DNA from: Anthoceros angustus
Lineage: Eukaryota > Plantae > Anthocerotophyta
Assembly (NCBI GenBank): GCA_010909165.1
Contig: VJWM01000063.1
Span: 1,302,001-1,366,000, forward strand
DNA: 64,000 nucleotides
Direction: 5' to 3'
Of this stretch, positions 1 to 13,410 are shown piece by piece. Under the pieces are notes generated by a model. It saw only the letters and a list, made by a program, of their open reading frames with translations. It had not been told where the DNA came from and made no database searches. A program made the translations under genes and the position numbers. Each line of letters starts with the position of its first letter. Positions within the stretch are counted from its first letter, which is position 1.

Positions 1-859
1 AAGGTTAGCTAACCCCACATAAATGCTGCCTCCCGCGCCTCTTCCGTAGCACAGCCACAAGTGCAACGCAGCCCCTGCACTGCACTGAACGCCACAGACT
101 TCGCCGAGACTTCACGCTCGGCCAGTCAAGCGCGTTTTATTACGCTACGCTCGGCTGTGGTACATAAACGCGCAGGCCGGGAATCCACAGTATGAGCTAG
201 AAGTGAAGTGGAAGTGGAATACATGAGAACCGCAATGTGGAAGAATGAAGACGGATTCGACTTAAGATGGGGTAAGCTAGTACGACACGGCACATAGGTT
301 AGCAAGGCTAAAGATTGTGTGGACAAGTGATGGGAGGGCAGCGGTGCACCCAATCTCACCAGAAAATGAAAACGGGCATAGAAAGCTTCACCGGCGAGCG
401 GCGAGTGGGAGGTGCGCAGCCAGAGTGATGACTCAATGCGGGCTGCGAGGCAAAGGACAAAGCCAACAGGAGCAACTACATCAAACACGGAGATATGGGT
501 CAACGGTTCAAGAGAAGTGCAGAGTGAGATCGCTACCAGCCTACTCCCAACCACCTACAGACACTTACCGCTGCCCTTCACTCTCAAACCCCAGCTGCCC
601 AGAAGAAAACAAGGGGAGGCGGAGAGGGCGGTCCGCCCCCGGTCCCGCCTCGAAAACGATGGTAATCGAACTGGAGCCCAAGGTTAGCTAACCCCACATA
701 AATGCTGCCTCCCGCGCCTCTTCCGTAGCACAGCCACAAGTGCAACGCAGCCCCCTGCACTGCACTGAACGCCACAGACTTCGCCGAGACTTCACGCTCG
801 GCCAGTCAAGCGCGTTTTTATTACGCTACGCTCGGCTGTGGTACATAAACGCGCAGGCC
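1..859 (+). repeat. Direct repeat of the GPAT promoter-proximal segment (1-178 is repeated at 680-859)
   Basis: The two copies match except for homopolymer lengths (cccc/ccccc, tttt/ttttt). They include TATA-like TACATAAA about 65 bp upstream of the GPAT ATG. The left copy runs off the window edge. Confidence 0.85.
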
Positions 860-910
860 CGGGGAGGCGAAGGCGAAGGCGAAGGCGAGGAGAGCGCGGG
901 AGCGGGGAGG

Positions 911-2664
911 ATGGAGACGCAATGCAATTGCCCGTTTCCCGTGGTGGCCAAATGCAGCTCGGTGGACAGGGAGAAGCAGACGGTGATCTCGGATCTGGAC
1001 GGGACGCTGCTGCGCGGGAGGAGCTCGTTTCCTTATTTCATGCTGGTGGCGTTCGAGGCGGGCGGGGTTTTGCGAGCGGCCGCGCTGCTCATGGCCGCGC
1101 CGCTGGCCTGGCTGCTCTACCATTTCGTGTCGGAGGCGGCGGAATTCAGGTGCTCGTCTACGTCACGTTCGCGGGGCTCAGAGTCGCGGACATCGAGTCT
1201 GTGGCGCGGGCGGTGTTGCCGAAATTCTACACGGAGGATCTGCACGCTGAGACGTGGCGGGTGTTCTCCGCCTTCGGGAAGAGGTGTGTTTGTGTAGCGT
1301 GTTGGGAATGAGAGACGTTCTGAGATGGTGCATGCAGTGGCAGGCCTGATTCGGAACATTCGTTCTGCAGGTATGTCCTGACCGCGAATCCCCGCATCAT
1401 GATCGAGCCCTTCGCCAAGGAGTATCTGCAGGCGGACGCGGTGCTGGGAACGGAGATTGAGGTGACGCGCGGGGGCAGAGCCACCGGGTTTGTGAAGAGG
1501 CCCGGCGTGCTGGTGGACGCGCTCAAGGCGCAGGCCATGGTGAAGGCGTTCGGGGCCAGCACGCCTGATGTCGGGCTCGGGGACCGCAGGACTGATTTTC
1601 CGTTCATGGCGCTCTGTAAGGTACTGTTCCTCAAGCACGACACGGTGGAGTGGTGGAGCCTGTGCTCTGCCATCCGCTCGGTGCGGTATCGAATCCGTTT
1701 CTCGCTTCACGCGATGTAAATGAATTGCAGTTCGTCGGATTGCACTCAACCGTGCGGATGTGTGGTGTCACAGGAAGGGTACGTTGTGCCGAGCGATGTT
1801 AGAGTGCAGGCGGTTGCGAAGGACGGCCTTCCGAAGCCCATGGTGTTCCACGACGGGCGGCTGGTGCGTAGGCCGACCCCGCTGGTGGCTCTCTTGACGC
1901 TGCTCTGGTTTCCCATCGGGTTCGCGCTGGCGGTGGCCCGCATCGCGGCAGGTTCCCTGCTACCGATGCCCCTGGTTTACTACGCCTTCCGGTGCCTGGG
2001 AGTCCGCGTGGTGGTGAAAGGGACCCCGCCGGCGGCCGTGGGAAAGGGGAAGGGGGAGAACCAGTTAGGCGTGCTGTTCGTGTGCTCGCACCGCACGCTC
2101 CTGGACCCCATCTTCCTGTCCACCGCGCTGGGCCGACCGGTGACCGCGGTCACCTACTCCATCTCCCGGCTGTCGGAGGTGCTGTCTCCCATCCGCACCG
2201 TGCCGCTCACGCGGGACCGGCAGGCGGACGCCGCCAACATCCGGAAGCTGCTGGAGGAGGGAGACCTGGCCATCTGCCCTGAGGGGACCACCTGCCGCGA
2301 GCCCTTCCTGCTCCGCTTCAGTGCGCTCTTCGCGGAGCTGGCGGATCGTATCGTGCCCGTGGCCATGGTGAACCGCATGTCCATGTTCCACGGCACCACG
2401 GCGCGGGGATGGAAGGGCATGGATCCCTTCTACTTCTTCATGAACCCTTCCCCGGTCTACGAGGTCACCTTCCTGGAGCAGCTGCCGCTGGAGCTCACTT
2501 GCGCCGGCGGCAAGACCTCGCACCAGGTTGCCAACCACATCCAGCGCCTCCTGGCTTCCACTCTCTCCTTCGAGTGCACTGAATTCACTCGCAAGGACAA
2601 GTACCGAGTGTTGGCTGGCAATGACGGATCTGTAGCTGTCAAGAAGGCCACCACCGGATGCTAG
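911..2664 (+). CDS. GPAT: sn-2 glycerol-3-phosphate acyltransferase, GPAT4/6/8-type bifunctional acyltransferase/phosphatase; exons 911-1283, 1371-1620, 1774-2664
   Basis: HAD motifs DLDGTLL and GLGDRRTD; acyltransferase motifs [12 protein letters not shown] and [16 protein letters not shown]; GT-AG introns. There is a single -1 frameshift at about 1140 (GCG GCG GAA TT where GCG GCG GGA ATT is expected), in a G run and probably a sequencing error. Confidence 0.93.
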
Positions 2665-4559
2665 CTTGCTCACCACCGCTCTTTAACCTATTCATCGAAC
2701 GTTTACGCACCTCTGTGAGCCGGAGGCAAGCGATGCGTCTGCCTGCTCATTTTGTATGATTACCACAGCCTCTTCACCAACATGAGATTATAAACCAACA
2801 ACTTTCAAGCGACTGGTTGGGATGCCTCTGCTCGATAGGAAGTTGAGTTAGTCTACTAGGGACACCTTCTTCAGGACATGAGGGATGTCCGAGTCGAAGG
2901 GGCGCGTGGCTGTGCATACCTCACTTCCTTCCGACGGTGCCTCACCTCTCGGCTACACAGAGCTTCTATGACAGAGCGCATGTGTACGTGGTCCTTCAAT
3001 TGTAAACTTGGTTAAAACGATGTTTTCATTCAAAACTAAACTAACCTTTATACCTTTAGGGGAGCTTTCATCTATGGCGAGCTCTTAGGAACTCACTTGG
3101 GGTGGCCGATTCTCATTTGCTGCCTGGGCAAAGAAACACTTCGGACTATATGCCATGCTGATGCATTGTAAGATCAATCCATCAATGAGTAGGCCAAGAT
3201 CGTTATATATAATTAAAAAATAGTAATTAACATACATAAATAAAGCTGGTATAGCTACATGGGATTCCACATCCATTTGGAATTGGAAGCTGCAGCAAAG
3301 GGATGCGGATCATTTCTAAATATCTTCTCTATAAGAAAGCCTCGTTATATAAGGATGGGATAGCCTAGAGAGTCATTCCCTACTAGAATATTTTTGAAGG
3401 ACGACTATGTGAAAGGGCTAGTAGATAACTAATATTGGAGTTTTAATTTTGTCAACATCTTCAATTATATACGCTTACAGAGCAAGGAAAGTGGTGTGGC
3501 TATTATACAAGTTCAATGTGCAGTGCCTAGGAACGCATATTATTAATATGTATTATTTATCAGATTTAGGGCGTTTGGAAAGACATTGGGAGAAGTGGAA
3601 TCGTCTAACTGCTTTTATACTTCTGCCAAATTATGAGACATTAAAGTGTTTGCTTAAGCTAGCATTGAAGTATGCTTATCGCGAGGTGCGGTTAGGAGCA
3701 GCAATTAAAAAATTGGCCCCGCGGTTAAATCGGGGAACGGGTGCTGAGTGGGTTCCCTTAGAGATCAATGCATTCTTTATGATGAATCTCATGGTAACGT
3801 CATTGATAAGACAACTTCTTTTTCATAAAAATTTACAATTTTTCTTGCAATAATTAATATGTTGTAAATGAGCAAAGCACAATTTGGTATGTCATTCTAG
3901 CAATGAAAAACAAAGATTTGATGTCTTTCAAACAATTATGAACTCTCAAAAACTAGTAAAAAAAACTAGAAAAGTTTCTTAACTTCAACTTGTGAAAGAT
4001 ACAATTACTCAACAAATATGAAATTCAAAATTTAAAAACTCCTATTATAGACAAGCTAGAGCACAACTATCACCAAATACTAAACTCCACAAGTAGACTA
4101 GTTCCTAAACCCTCTTGTCATAAAAAGTAAACACCCAAACGTACTTCCATTCAAATGTTTAATTTTTGAATTATGAAAAAACATTTAGAAGCTCAAAATG
4201 AGCCGCAACATTTTTGGGTCGGCTTTTAGTCTGTAGTGAATTTTATAACACTCTATACTTGGTTTATAGTAAACTTTAAAATGCTACTCTTATAGTTAGT
4301 TATTAAGAACTGTCCTAATGATAAAATTTGAATCAATATTGAAATACATGTGGAGGATGTTGAGGTCTATAGAGCTTCCACGAGAACCTCTCGCGGAAGC
4401 TCTTTTGCTCATGGCATACCGGGAGTCAACAATGCTTCAAAGCACAAAGAGAAGCAGATCTTCCAATGCCCATAACATACAAATACCTCAGCGAGAAAAA
4501 GTTGGGATGCCTGCATTTCTTTTCCATAGCATCTCCTTTCTCTACGATAAGGTGAAGGT

Positions 4560-4960
4560 TAAGATCCGCACTCTCCATGTTGCTTTTGACCTTTTGGATT
4601 TGATTTGCAATATGGGAGTGGGGCAGGGAGATCCATCTTCTCCTAACTTATTTGGCCTGTATATTGATGAGCAACAATCGTGGATTACAGAGGAGTCTTG
4701 TGATCCTGGATTACGGAGGAGTTTTGTGATCTTGGATCATAGAGAAGTCTTGTGATCCTGGATTACGGAGGAGTCTTGTGATCCTGGATTACGGAGAAGT
4801 CTTGTGATCCTGGATTACGGAGAAGTCTTGTGATCCTGGATTAGGGAGGAGTCTTGTGATCCTGGATTATGGAGGATTCTTGTGATTATGGTTACCTCTT
4901 CTCTTTGCATGCAAATGACATCGTGCTTATGATAGAGAATACTTTTACATTGATTAAGAA
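4560..4960 (+). mobile_element. Degenerate non-LTR (LINE) reverse transcriptase remnant
   Basis: GVGQGDPSSPNLFGLYID resembles the LINE RT motif GVxQGDPLSPxLF. SLHANDIVL resembles a decayed YADD motif. Confidence 0.65.
4680..4886 (+). repeat. 26-bp minisatellite, about 8 copies (TGGATTACGGAGGAGTCTTGTGATCC)
   Basis: Directly visible tandem units with small variants, lying inside the LINE RT remnant. Confidence 0.9.
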
Positions 4961-5653
4961 TATTTGTACTCATATAATAGATTGGGTCTATACAATCGAT
5001 GTTTATAGTGAGATATCTTGTAGCAAATATCTCAAAATCTATCGGAGTCAAAAACACCAAGAGAAATAATTCAATCATTTTTAGACAGGTTTTCTTAGTG
5101 AGAAATTATTTGAAAAATCTGGGAATGGGCTCCTAAATGGAGAGAGGTACATGATTTTCTGAAATCTACTATCAAAGCATCTTATTCCCCGCACCTACAC
5201 AAGCAAATTCCCGAAACCCGTTTTTGTGTACCATTTTTGTTATGGAGTTAATAAATGGAGAATACTATTCGGTATTAGGAGAAGATCTTTTCAATTTGCT
5301 AGATTGGTTAAAAATAATAATCAAAAAGTCTAAGATTTAAGGTTATTTAAAACTGTTATAAGTTTTAATTTTATGTTATAAAATCTATTTTATATGTGAG
5401 CTAAGAATCAACTTATTTGAAATAGTGATTATGAATGGAAGGTGAGCAATCACGAACAAGTCACCAAGGACGGAGAAGATGAATGGACATCGATATCTAG
5501 GTGGACTAGGTAGTCTTGATCCAAGAGTGTTCAAATAATCCTTAGCCCATGGCGATCCAACCAAATACAAGAGTACCAGTGATCGATTTTTTAGGGACAA
5601 CGGCAATGTATGATCTCTATTCGAAAACGTGGGAGAGAGCGAGAGCAGAGAGG

Positions 5654-7487
5654 ATGGAGTCGGAGCGCAATCGGCCCGTCCCGGAGGTGGCCAAGTGCAG
5701 CACTCTGCACAGGGAGAAGCAGACGGTGATCTCGAACCTTGCCGGGACGCTGCTGCGCGACACAAGCTCCTTCCCCTACTACATGCTTGTCGCGTTCGAG
5801 GCGGGCGGGGCGTGGCGCGCCGCGACGCTCCTGGCGGCCGCGCCTCTGGTCTGGTTGCTCTGCAATTTCGTGTCGGAGACGGCGGCGATCAAGCTGCTCA
5901 TCTACATCAGCTTCTCGGGGCTCGAAGTACAAAAAATCGAGTCGGTGGCGCGCGCCGTGCTGCCTAAATTCTACATCGAGGATCTGCATTCCGAGACCTG
6001 GCGCGTCTTCTCCGCCTTCGGCAAGAGGTGTGTGTAGTAACTGCGAGTAGCGCTTGCTTGCGATTGCATCTGCCACTTGCTGTCCCTGGCATTTAGGTCG
6101 TTCAATTCTGCAATGCGCTTGGTTGCGGTGATGGCAGGTATGTCGTGACCGCGAACCCTCGCATCATGGTCGAGCACTTCGCCAAGGAGTATCTGAAGGC
6201 GGACGAGGTGCTGGGAACCGAGATCGAGGTGAAGCTCCGCAGAAAAGCCACCGGGTTCGTGCAGAAGCCCGGCGTGCTGGTCGGCAAGCTCAAGGCGCTG
6301 GCTATGGTGAAGGTGTTCGGGGCTTTCGGGCACATAGTTAGGGACCTCAGTTTGAGGGTGCACGCCATAGCGCAGAGGTTCGGGGCCGTGCAGCCCGACG
6401 TCGGGCTCGGGGACCGCAGGATGGACTCGTACTTCATGTCTTTCTGCAAGGTATTTTTTCTGATGCACGCTGCCCTGCAGTGGTTGAGACTGTGCTCTGC
6501 CATCCGCACGGCGCAGGATCGAATTTGCTTCACGTCGCATTGCATTTGAATCGGTGTGCTCTGACCGTGCTCATGTCATGTCATGCCGTGGCGCAGGAAA
6601 CGTACTTGGTGCCAAGCAATGTTAGAGTGCCGGCGGTGGCGAAGGAGAAGCTCCCCAAGCCCTTGGTGTTCCACGACGGGCGCCTGGTGCGCAGGCCGAC
6701 CCCGCTGGTGTCTCTCTTCACGCTGCTCTGGGCTCCCTTCGGGTTCTCGCTGGCCGTGACCCGCATGGCGGTCGGCTGCCTGCTGCCCATGTCCCTGGTT
6801 TACTACGCCTACAGGTGGTTGGGGATCCGGGTTGTGGTGAAAGGGAGGCCCCCGGCGGCCGTGGGAAAGAGGAGCGGCGAGAACAAGTTAGGCGTGCTGT
6901 TCGTGTGTTCACACCGAACCCTGTTGGATCCCATCTTCCTGTCCGTGGCGCTGGGCCGACCGGTCACCGCGGTCACCTACTCCATCTCTCGGCTGTCAGA
7001 GTTCCTGTCTCCCATCCGCACCATGGCGCTCACCCGCGACCGTGAATCCGACGCCGCCAAAATCCGGAAGCTGCTGGAGGAGGGAGACCTGGCCATCTGC
7101 CCTGAAGGAACCACCTGCCGCGAGCCCTTCCTGCTGCGCTTCAGTTCGCTCTTTGCGGAACTGGCCGATCGCATCGTGCCCGTGGCTATGGTGAACCGAA
7201 TGTCTATGTTCCACGGCACCACGGCGCGGGGCTGGAAGTGCATGGATCCCTTCTTCTTCTTCATGAACCCCTTCCTCGTCTACGAGGTCACCTTCCTGGA
7301 GCAGCTGCCGCCGGAGCTCACCTGCGCTGGCGGCAAAACCGCCCACCAGGTTGCCAACCATATCCAGCACCTCCTGGCTACTGCGCTCTCCTTCGAGTGC
7401 ACCCAATTCACTCGCACTGACAAGTACCAAGCGCTGGCTGGCAATGACGGATCTGTGGCTGTCCAAACGGCCACCACCGGAAGCTAG
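5654..7487 (+). CDS. GPAT: Tandem GPAT paralog with degenerate HAD phosphatase motif I; exons 5654-6027, 6138-6450, 6597-7487
   Basis: Colinear with copy 1 and has the same intron positions. Acyltransferase motifs are intact. DLDGT is replaced by NLAGT, and exon 2 has a 63-bp in-frame insertion. Confidence 0.9.
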
Positions 7488-8283
7488 CTTGCTCACCACC
7501 ACACTTTAACCTTACTCATGAAACTTTTACATTGTTGTGTGGGCGGGCGGCAACGGCAATCGTCGCATCAGCCTCCTCTTTTTGTGTGATTTTAGTGTCG
7601 TCTTCACCAAAAGGTACGAGATAATAAAGCAATAATTTCCGATCTCTGTTTCATCCCTGCTCCAGAAAAGGTCATTTTCTGCTACTGGAATTGAGATGCC
7701 TGTGCTCAACAGGAAGTTGAGTTAGCCTACGCCAAACCACAGATAAAAAAGCATTTATGACACACAGGGCACAACCTTGTGAACAGAAATCTGAAAAGCG
7801 CTCAGATGGAGGCCATTGAAAAGGCTATAACATAGGAGAGAGCCACGGGGATACAACTGAGATTTCATTACACTCTTTGCAGCCGCCTCACTCTCCTTTC
7901 CGATTCACCTGTGCATCATAGCATGCGGTAACATTCTGAAGTAGCTGCTGTGGAGAGACAGCAAGACAGCAGGCACAAGAATGCCAATCCAGTGAATGAA
8001 AATGTACAGCTTACCAAGTGAGTGTGAGCTGCAAGCTGCATTATGCTGCTGATGTGGGACATTCCCCTCCAAATGAAAAGTTTTGTCGACTGCTCTGGGA
8101 TCTCCCTATCCTCACATCTAAGCACAACCAACCTACGTGTAACCGACGTGGACACACTTTCCGATGCTTAAGCCCGCTAACAGGATGAACACGGTCTGAG
8201 ACAATTAGTCATATGGAACATATAGGCAGTCTAAGCCTAAATCAGTTTCTAGCCTACCCTTTAAATATGGGGGGACAGTCCAG

Positions 8284-9811
8284 CTACAACCTCTTCAAGC
8301 TTTTCTTTCTTACATCATTCTTCTTCTTATCCACAAGGACCTTGGCAGACCCCAAATCTCCCTTTGGCTTTTTGGCAGTAGGCGAGATGCTAGCATTCAT
8401 AGCCTCATTGCCCAGAGCTGTCAAAGCTGAATCCATATTCATGTTATCCTTGTTGCCAGTACTGTGGGTCAAAGGAGCATGCACAACCTTCTCTGAGTCT
8501 GGTGCTGAGGTATTCACACTTGTTGACTCAGCAATCGCCACTTTGCTTTTCTGTTTGGGCTTCAAGGCATGTATGCTCGTCATAAGCCTGCAAGCACAAG
8601 CACATGAGGACCGACCATACTCCCTTACATGTACACCACCAGAAAAACCATGACAGTAGACACAGTGAGTGTGTTACCTAGCATGCTTGGCATAACCTGC
8701 ATAGTCTTCCATCAACATCTTTCCAGCTTCTTCATTGAGAGCTGACTCTGGGAACGGTTCTATAAGCAGACACCTTACTACCTGCAAATGACAGGGACCC
8801 CCACAGTTACCAGCCTTGGCCAGAAATGGCAGGTATACCTGCCTGGAGTCTCACAAGAATTTGAGGATCTCAGAACTAGGACTTCGAAACTTCACACACT
8901 ACAACAGTCCCCATGAATCAGCAGGATGCGCACCAAAAGGACATGTCGAAGACCAAGCGTTGGCTTCCAATCCTTCTTGAGTGTGTTGACACAAATCTCC
9001 CCATTTTTGGCTATGTTTGGGTGGAAAATTCTGGTGACGAAATACCCTGCACACAACCAATGTCTTAGTCACAACGTCCACATCATGGTACCAGGGCACC
9101 TTCTCCAAGGGATGGGGGATGCTCGAACTAAACAACCGCTTGCTGCTGGGAGTGCATACCTTTCGGGGGTGTTTGAGGAAAGTCTTGATTCAAAATAAGC
9201 TTCATCCTAAACACGCCACCTTCATAAGGGGTGCCATCTGCACAGAATCCAAGACAGGTCACTTCCTGCCAACAGTGCTCTCAGCACTTGGACAAGACAG
9301 AGCTTCCATGACAGGGCACATACTTGGTCCTTCAATATCTGCAAAGATGGTGGAAAAGTTGTCTTCATTGACAAGAACCCTTATATCTTCAGGAGGGCTT
9401 TCATCCAAGCTTTTCAACTCTCTGGCGAGCTCCTTAATCACTTTCGGTGGCAGATTCTCATTTGTTGCCTAGGCAAGGAAAGAGCACGTGAGAAAAACTT
9501 CGGGCAATATCCCAGGCTGACACAGTGCAAGATCAATCAGCAGCCCTAAGCCTGGATGCCTGGTTCTATCCGTCACCCCCCACTGAACCCCGAATCCGTG
9601 AGGATAATTGAGCACAGCGTTTCCACAAAAACGCTCTCCAAAGCCCATCCTCATACGCATACACCCATTAATGCAACCAGGAACCCAACCCGCTTTCTGG
9701 CCCAACCCGCTGCTCGCTCCACCGACGATCAACCACAAACCTACCTACGCACCACATTTACCAGCGGGCCTGAGTGCAGGGAAAGCGGCAGGACGGGGGA
9801 CGGCTCACCAT
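8284..9811 (-). CDS. UBC22: Ubiquitin-conjugating enzyme E2, UBC22/UBE2S type (5 coding exons; the ATG is alone at 9809-9811)
   Basis: M|[27 protein letters not shown]..., TKIFHPNI...[12 protein letters not shown] with the catalytic Cys, and C-terminal KKSLKRL*. ATG|GTGAG donor and TAG acceptor at 9469. Confidence 0.92.
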
Positions 9812-11344
9812 GTGCAGGAATGCTGTGGCTAGGCTGCTTAAACCCTCTTCTCGCAACCCCTGACCCAGCCCCTGCCCCGTGCCCTCGCCCTTGCCCCCGG
9901 GTGTACAGCTTCGCTCAAACGCGATCCCCTGAGCTTCGCACCAGCAGAGTCGACGAGAAGCGCATACCCAAGCAGCAGAGCTGCGTGCCACACCTGCACC
10001 CCGCGCCTCCTGCTTTCAGTGCTCCGACCTGCTCCGCCTCATTCCCACCAGGCCCCTGGGGCATGCCCACCCGGTCGGACCAGCACCCGCCGAGGAGCAG
10101 CAATGCGAGAGAGCGCAAGCGACCGCAGAGGCGATGCCGAGCGGACGTGATGTGCGCCGCGAACACAGATTTGAAGACGACTCGTCCCGGCGCGGGGAAA
10201 GGCAAGGGTGCGGAAGCCGATCGATCTGTCGCAAAGAGGCGAGGCGAAGGGAGGGCACGCCCAGCAAGCAAGTCAGAAAGTGCGACAAGCAAGAGGAGAG
10301 AGGAAATACGAAAGAGAGAGAACAACAAGGACAGGGGAAAAGGTGGAGGTAACCGTGCCCGAGACCCGGGTTAAACTCACCTGTGGTTAATTTGCGGCCG
10401 TGTCGGAGTCTTGAACTATAAAAGTCAGGTGTAAACGGTCCCTTGGGACGTCCTGACTCATGTTAAGCCTCTAACGGTACATTTCATGAAACGGACAAAT
10501 TCTCGTGCACACAATCCCAGCCCACCCCCAGGGCTCATGATGCTACCACGCATAGGAGAGGCATTTTCATCTGACAATCTGGTTACCTACACAGCTGGTG
10601 ATGACAGGCAGGAAATCGCAATAGTTGCTTTCGCCAGTCCTCTCGTACTGTGCTCCAGTGGCAACGGGAGGTTGAGTTGTCCAAAGCATCCAGGCCAGAT
10701 ATGTAATTGGAAGACATCATCACCAAAGTGTGATCAGGAGGAGGCACACGACAAGAGGGAGCTTGGGGACTGGGACGATGAGGAGAGAGTATGAGAGCAA
10801 GCCTGGTTGCATTGCACTGGGTGGAGCTTCGGAGAGGCCTGGCACATGGATGACTGATTCTGTATTGACGCCCATCTCGTCTTCGGCTTGTGGCCCCAGC
10901 TGCAAGATGCGTATAGTACACAGGCCAATCTGCACTCAACGGGGAGGGAGAAACACATTGTGGGGTCAGATCTGCTGTGTCCAGCAAGGTCAAGGCCGCC
11001 TTTCAAAATGCCGAGGAGAGACGAGCAGAGTTGGATCGAAGTGGGCCCGAGAAATGCTGAGTGTCGGCAGTTCAAGTAGAGTACTGTGGATTCAAAGGGA
11101 GAAATTCACCCAACAAGGATGCCCAAGCCCAGGACGTGGAGTGGCACCTGAATCTTTTACTGTTGTGCTGAAAGCCACACAGAAGCTGAGGTAGGGACTC
11201 TCAACAACTCATTACTGCGAGGCCAGGTCCGCAGCAACAACCGACAGGACAGCTCAAGTAACATGAAGCTAGCCAACAAGTGGGAGAAGTTAAGAAAACT
11301 GGTTAACATATCTGGTCAGTGTGGCAAACATGATTGCCACAAGG

Positions 11345-12633
11345 CTATTTTTTGGCGTAAGTGATTTGCATTGCGTGCGTGGGATTGATCTTGAAGTTTT
11401 GCAAGGCCCGCAGTGCATCCGTAGCTTGCATGTCATCGCCAAACTCGACGAAGGCGATGCCTGGTTTGGCCTCAATCATCCTTACTTCTTTGAAGCCTGG
11501 AAACTGCTGGAATAAGATCTGCAGCATCATAGTGTTGGCCTCATGCGGTAGATTCTGCACAAAAAGGATGTTGTTTGGCGGGGCTGGGGCCTCTTGTAGA
11601 GGTGGCCGCTGGAACTGTGATTGAGAAACCTGGAACGAGGTGATGGGTCAGAAAGGGAGCGCACATGGCCCTGTAGATACTATGCACGTAGCCTTAGCAG
11701 GACACAACTCCAAAGCACGCATCACACAAGAAAACGACTGCTTGAGACTTTACCGGAGCTCCTCCTCCGTAAGCAGGGTAGCCTCCATGACCTTGTCCAC
11801 CGTGTGAGGAATCCTGTTGTGCCTCCCTCCTCTTTCTCTCGGCTGAAAACATGAGACACACAGCACAGCCAAACGATGAGATATGCGGACATTCAAGAGA
11901 AGTATTTCGGGAAGTACACAGCACTTGACTTACCCTTCTCCTCTTGTTTCTTACGCTTCTCTTTAGGCACGTAAGTTCCGTCGGCCTTGGCTATTGCGTC
12001 GGATTTTGCTTTTGCATATTGTATCCTCTGTAGAGACCAACAACCAGTGTGTTAGCACACATAACAGACTAGAAAAGGTTGACAAAACCTGAAACTCCCG
12101 ACTAGAGCCCTAGCCTTCTAAGAAGGGCCTGTGCAGAAGGCAGCATTCAGAATCATCAAACAGCCCGTACAAGTCATCGACCTCTGCTGGCAAGGGAAAA
12201 AGCGCAGCTACCAAACGGCACAGACAAGCAGCGGGCAAATGGGAAGAAGAAACAGGTGGCTAGGGAAGAAGCAAATACCATGGGCTTGTCATAGAAGGGG
12301 AAGTCTTGCATCTGGCGCAAGGCATTCGTGGAAGCAGTGACTTCATCGAACACAACCCACGCCTGTCCCCTCAGCTTCAACGTCTTGCATGCGACAATAT
12401 CAACTATCTTCCCGAACTGAGAAAAAACTGCGTACAGCGACTTCTTCAGCTCTGTACGCAATTTCAAACCGTCAGCAGGGATGAGTGTGAAGGGCGGCGA
12501 GAAGCATTCACGTTGGACACCAACAAATACAAGCTCGGAATCCTAGCAAACCTTCTTTCTTCACTTTCTCGTTGAGATTGTTGATGTAAATCGTCTGGTT
12601 GGGTGGTACGTCCACATGCATCTGCTGCATCAT
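11345..12633 (-). CDS. U2B'': U2 snRNP B'' / U1A-family two-RRM spliceosomal protein (5 exons)
   Basis: [32 protein letters not shown]...[11 protein letters not shown], and RRM2 [12 protein letters not shown]...PGIAFVEF...ITYAKK*. GT-AG introns. Confidence 0.92.
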
Positions 12634-13076
12634 GGCGCCTCGGTGAAAAACTTCCCCCTCGCACCCGACACCAAATTTCCCGGGGCGCGTAGACGATGGC
12701 CACCTACCTCCTCCTGCGCTAAACCCTGGCACCCTGGCACCAAGAAATCCCAGTTCATGCCCTAAAAAATGGTCCAAAGGGTTTTCGCAGCGGGTACTTT
12801 GAATTTCTGCTACGATCTATGAGATAAAACCTATTCTATCTTTAAGTCCCGTAAGAATGGTCCATCGTCCAGTGCACGTAGAGGCGATAGGTATTCATCT
12901 TGGTGCACCTAGCGGCTTCATACATAACTTTGTGCGTGGAAGGCAAGGGACAGGTTTGTTCAAGGATAATTGTGTCAAAAATTAAATAATTAATTAGTAT
13001 TACATATAAATAATGTGAAAATTATTTGAAGTAAGTTCATCATCGTACAGGTACTTGAGTTTTATAATCGTTCATT

Positions 13077-13410
13077 TCATGTAGATAAGATGTCAAACAT
13101 CTCTTCAATGGGATCTTGCCGACTTGGTGCCACTGCTCTGTCTGCACTAATTTCTACGCAGCTTGAACTGCTACTCACTCCAGGTCCTCCAGATGTGCCA
13201 CTCAACAACCTCGCCTTGTGCTCCCGATAGCACGCCAATTCTTCGACCCCCAAGTACTTCGGCATTTGAGTGAAGCCATATCGCTTTGTGTATCCGGTCT
13301 TCAATTCCATCTCCGTACACACCACATCGTACTTCTTGTTAAAGTCCTCCAGTGGCAAGGTGCCCGCTTGTCCCGTGAACAACTCCATTCGATCCTTGTC
13401 TCCTCCCATC
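13077..13410 (-). pseudogene. Inverted N-terminal gag fragment of the old MTase-Gypsy element (element A)
   Basis: ELFTGQAGTLPLEDFNKKY...MPKYLGVEELACYREHK...EEMFDILST aligns by eye with the young-element gag DVFTGRHGSMSLADFEEKF...MSTFLAGEALTCYRDCK...DEMFSKF (48711-49109). Its continuation FPASMDEKI is on the plus strand at about 24480. Confidence 0.7.

Noticed and set aside
1135-1148. GPAT copy 1 as a pseudogene or programmed frameshift
   Set aside because: A single missing G in a G run, with all motifs intact, is most likely a consensus error. Reads are needed to confirm.
4680-4886. CRISPR-like repeat array
   Set aside because: The units are contiguous with no unique spacers, the context is eukaryotic, and there are no cas genes.
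1117-7502. Long antisense ORFs over the GPAT exons (and over HPPD)
   Set aside because: These are shadow ORFs from high-GC codon usage.
9556-11194. ORFs between UBC22 and U2B''
   Set aside because: Low-complexity translations overlapping UTR, intron or promoter sequence, with no motifs.
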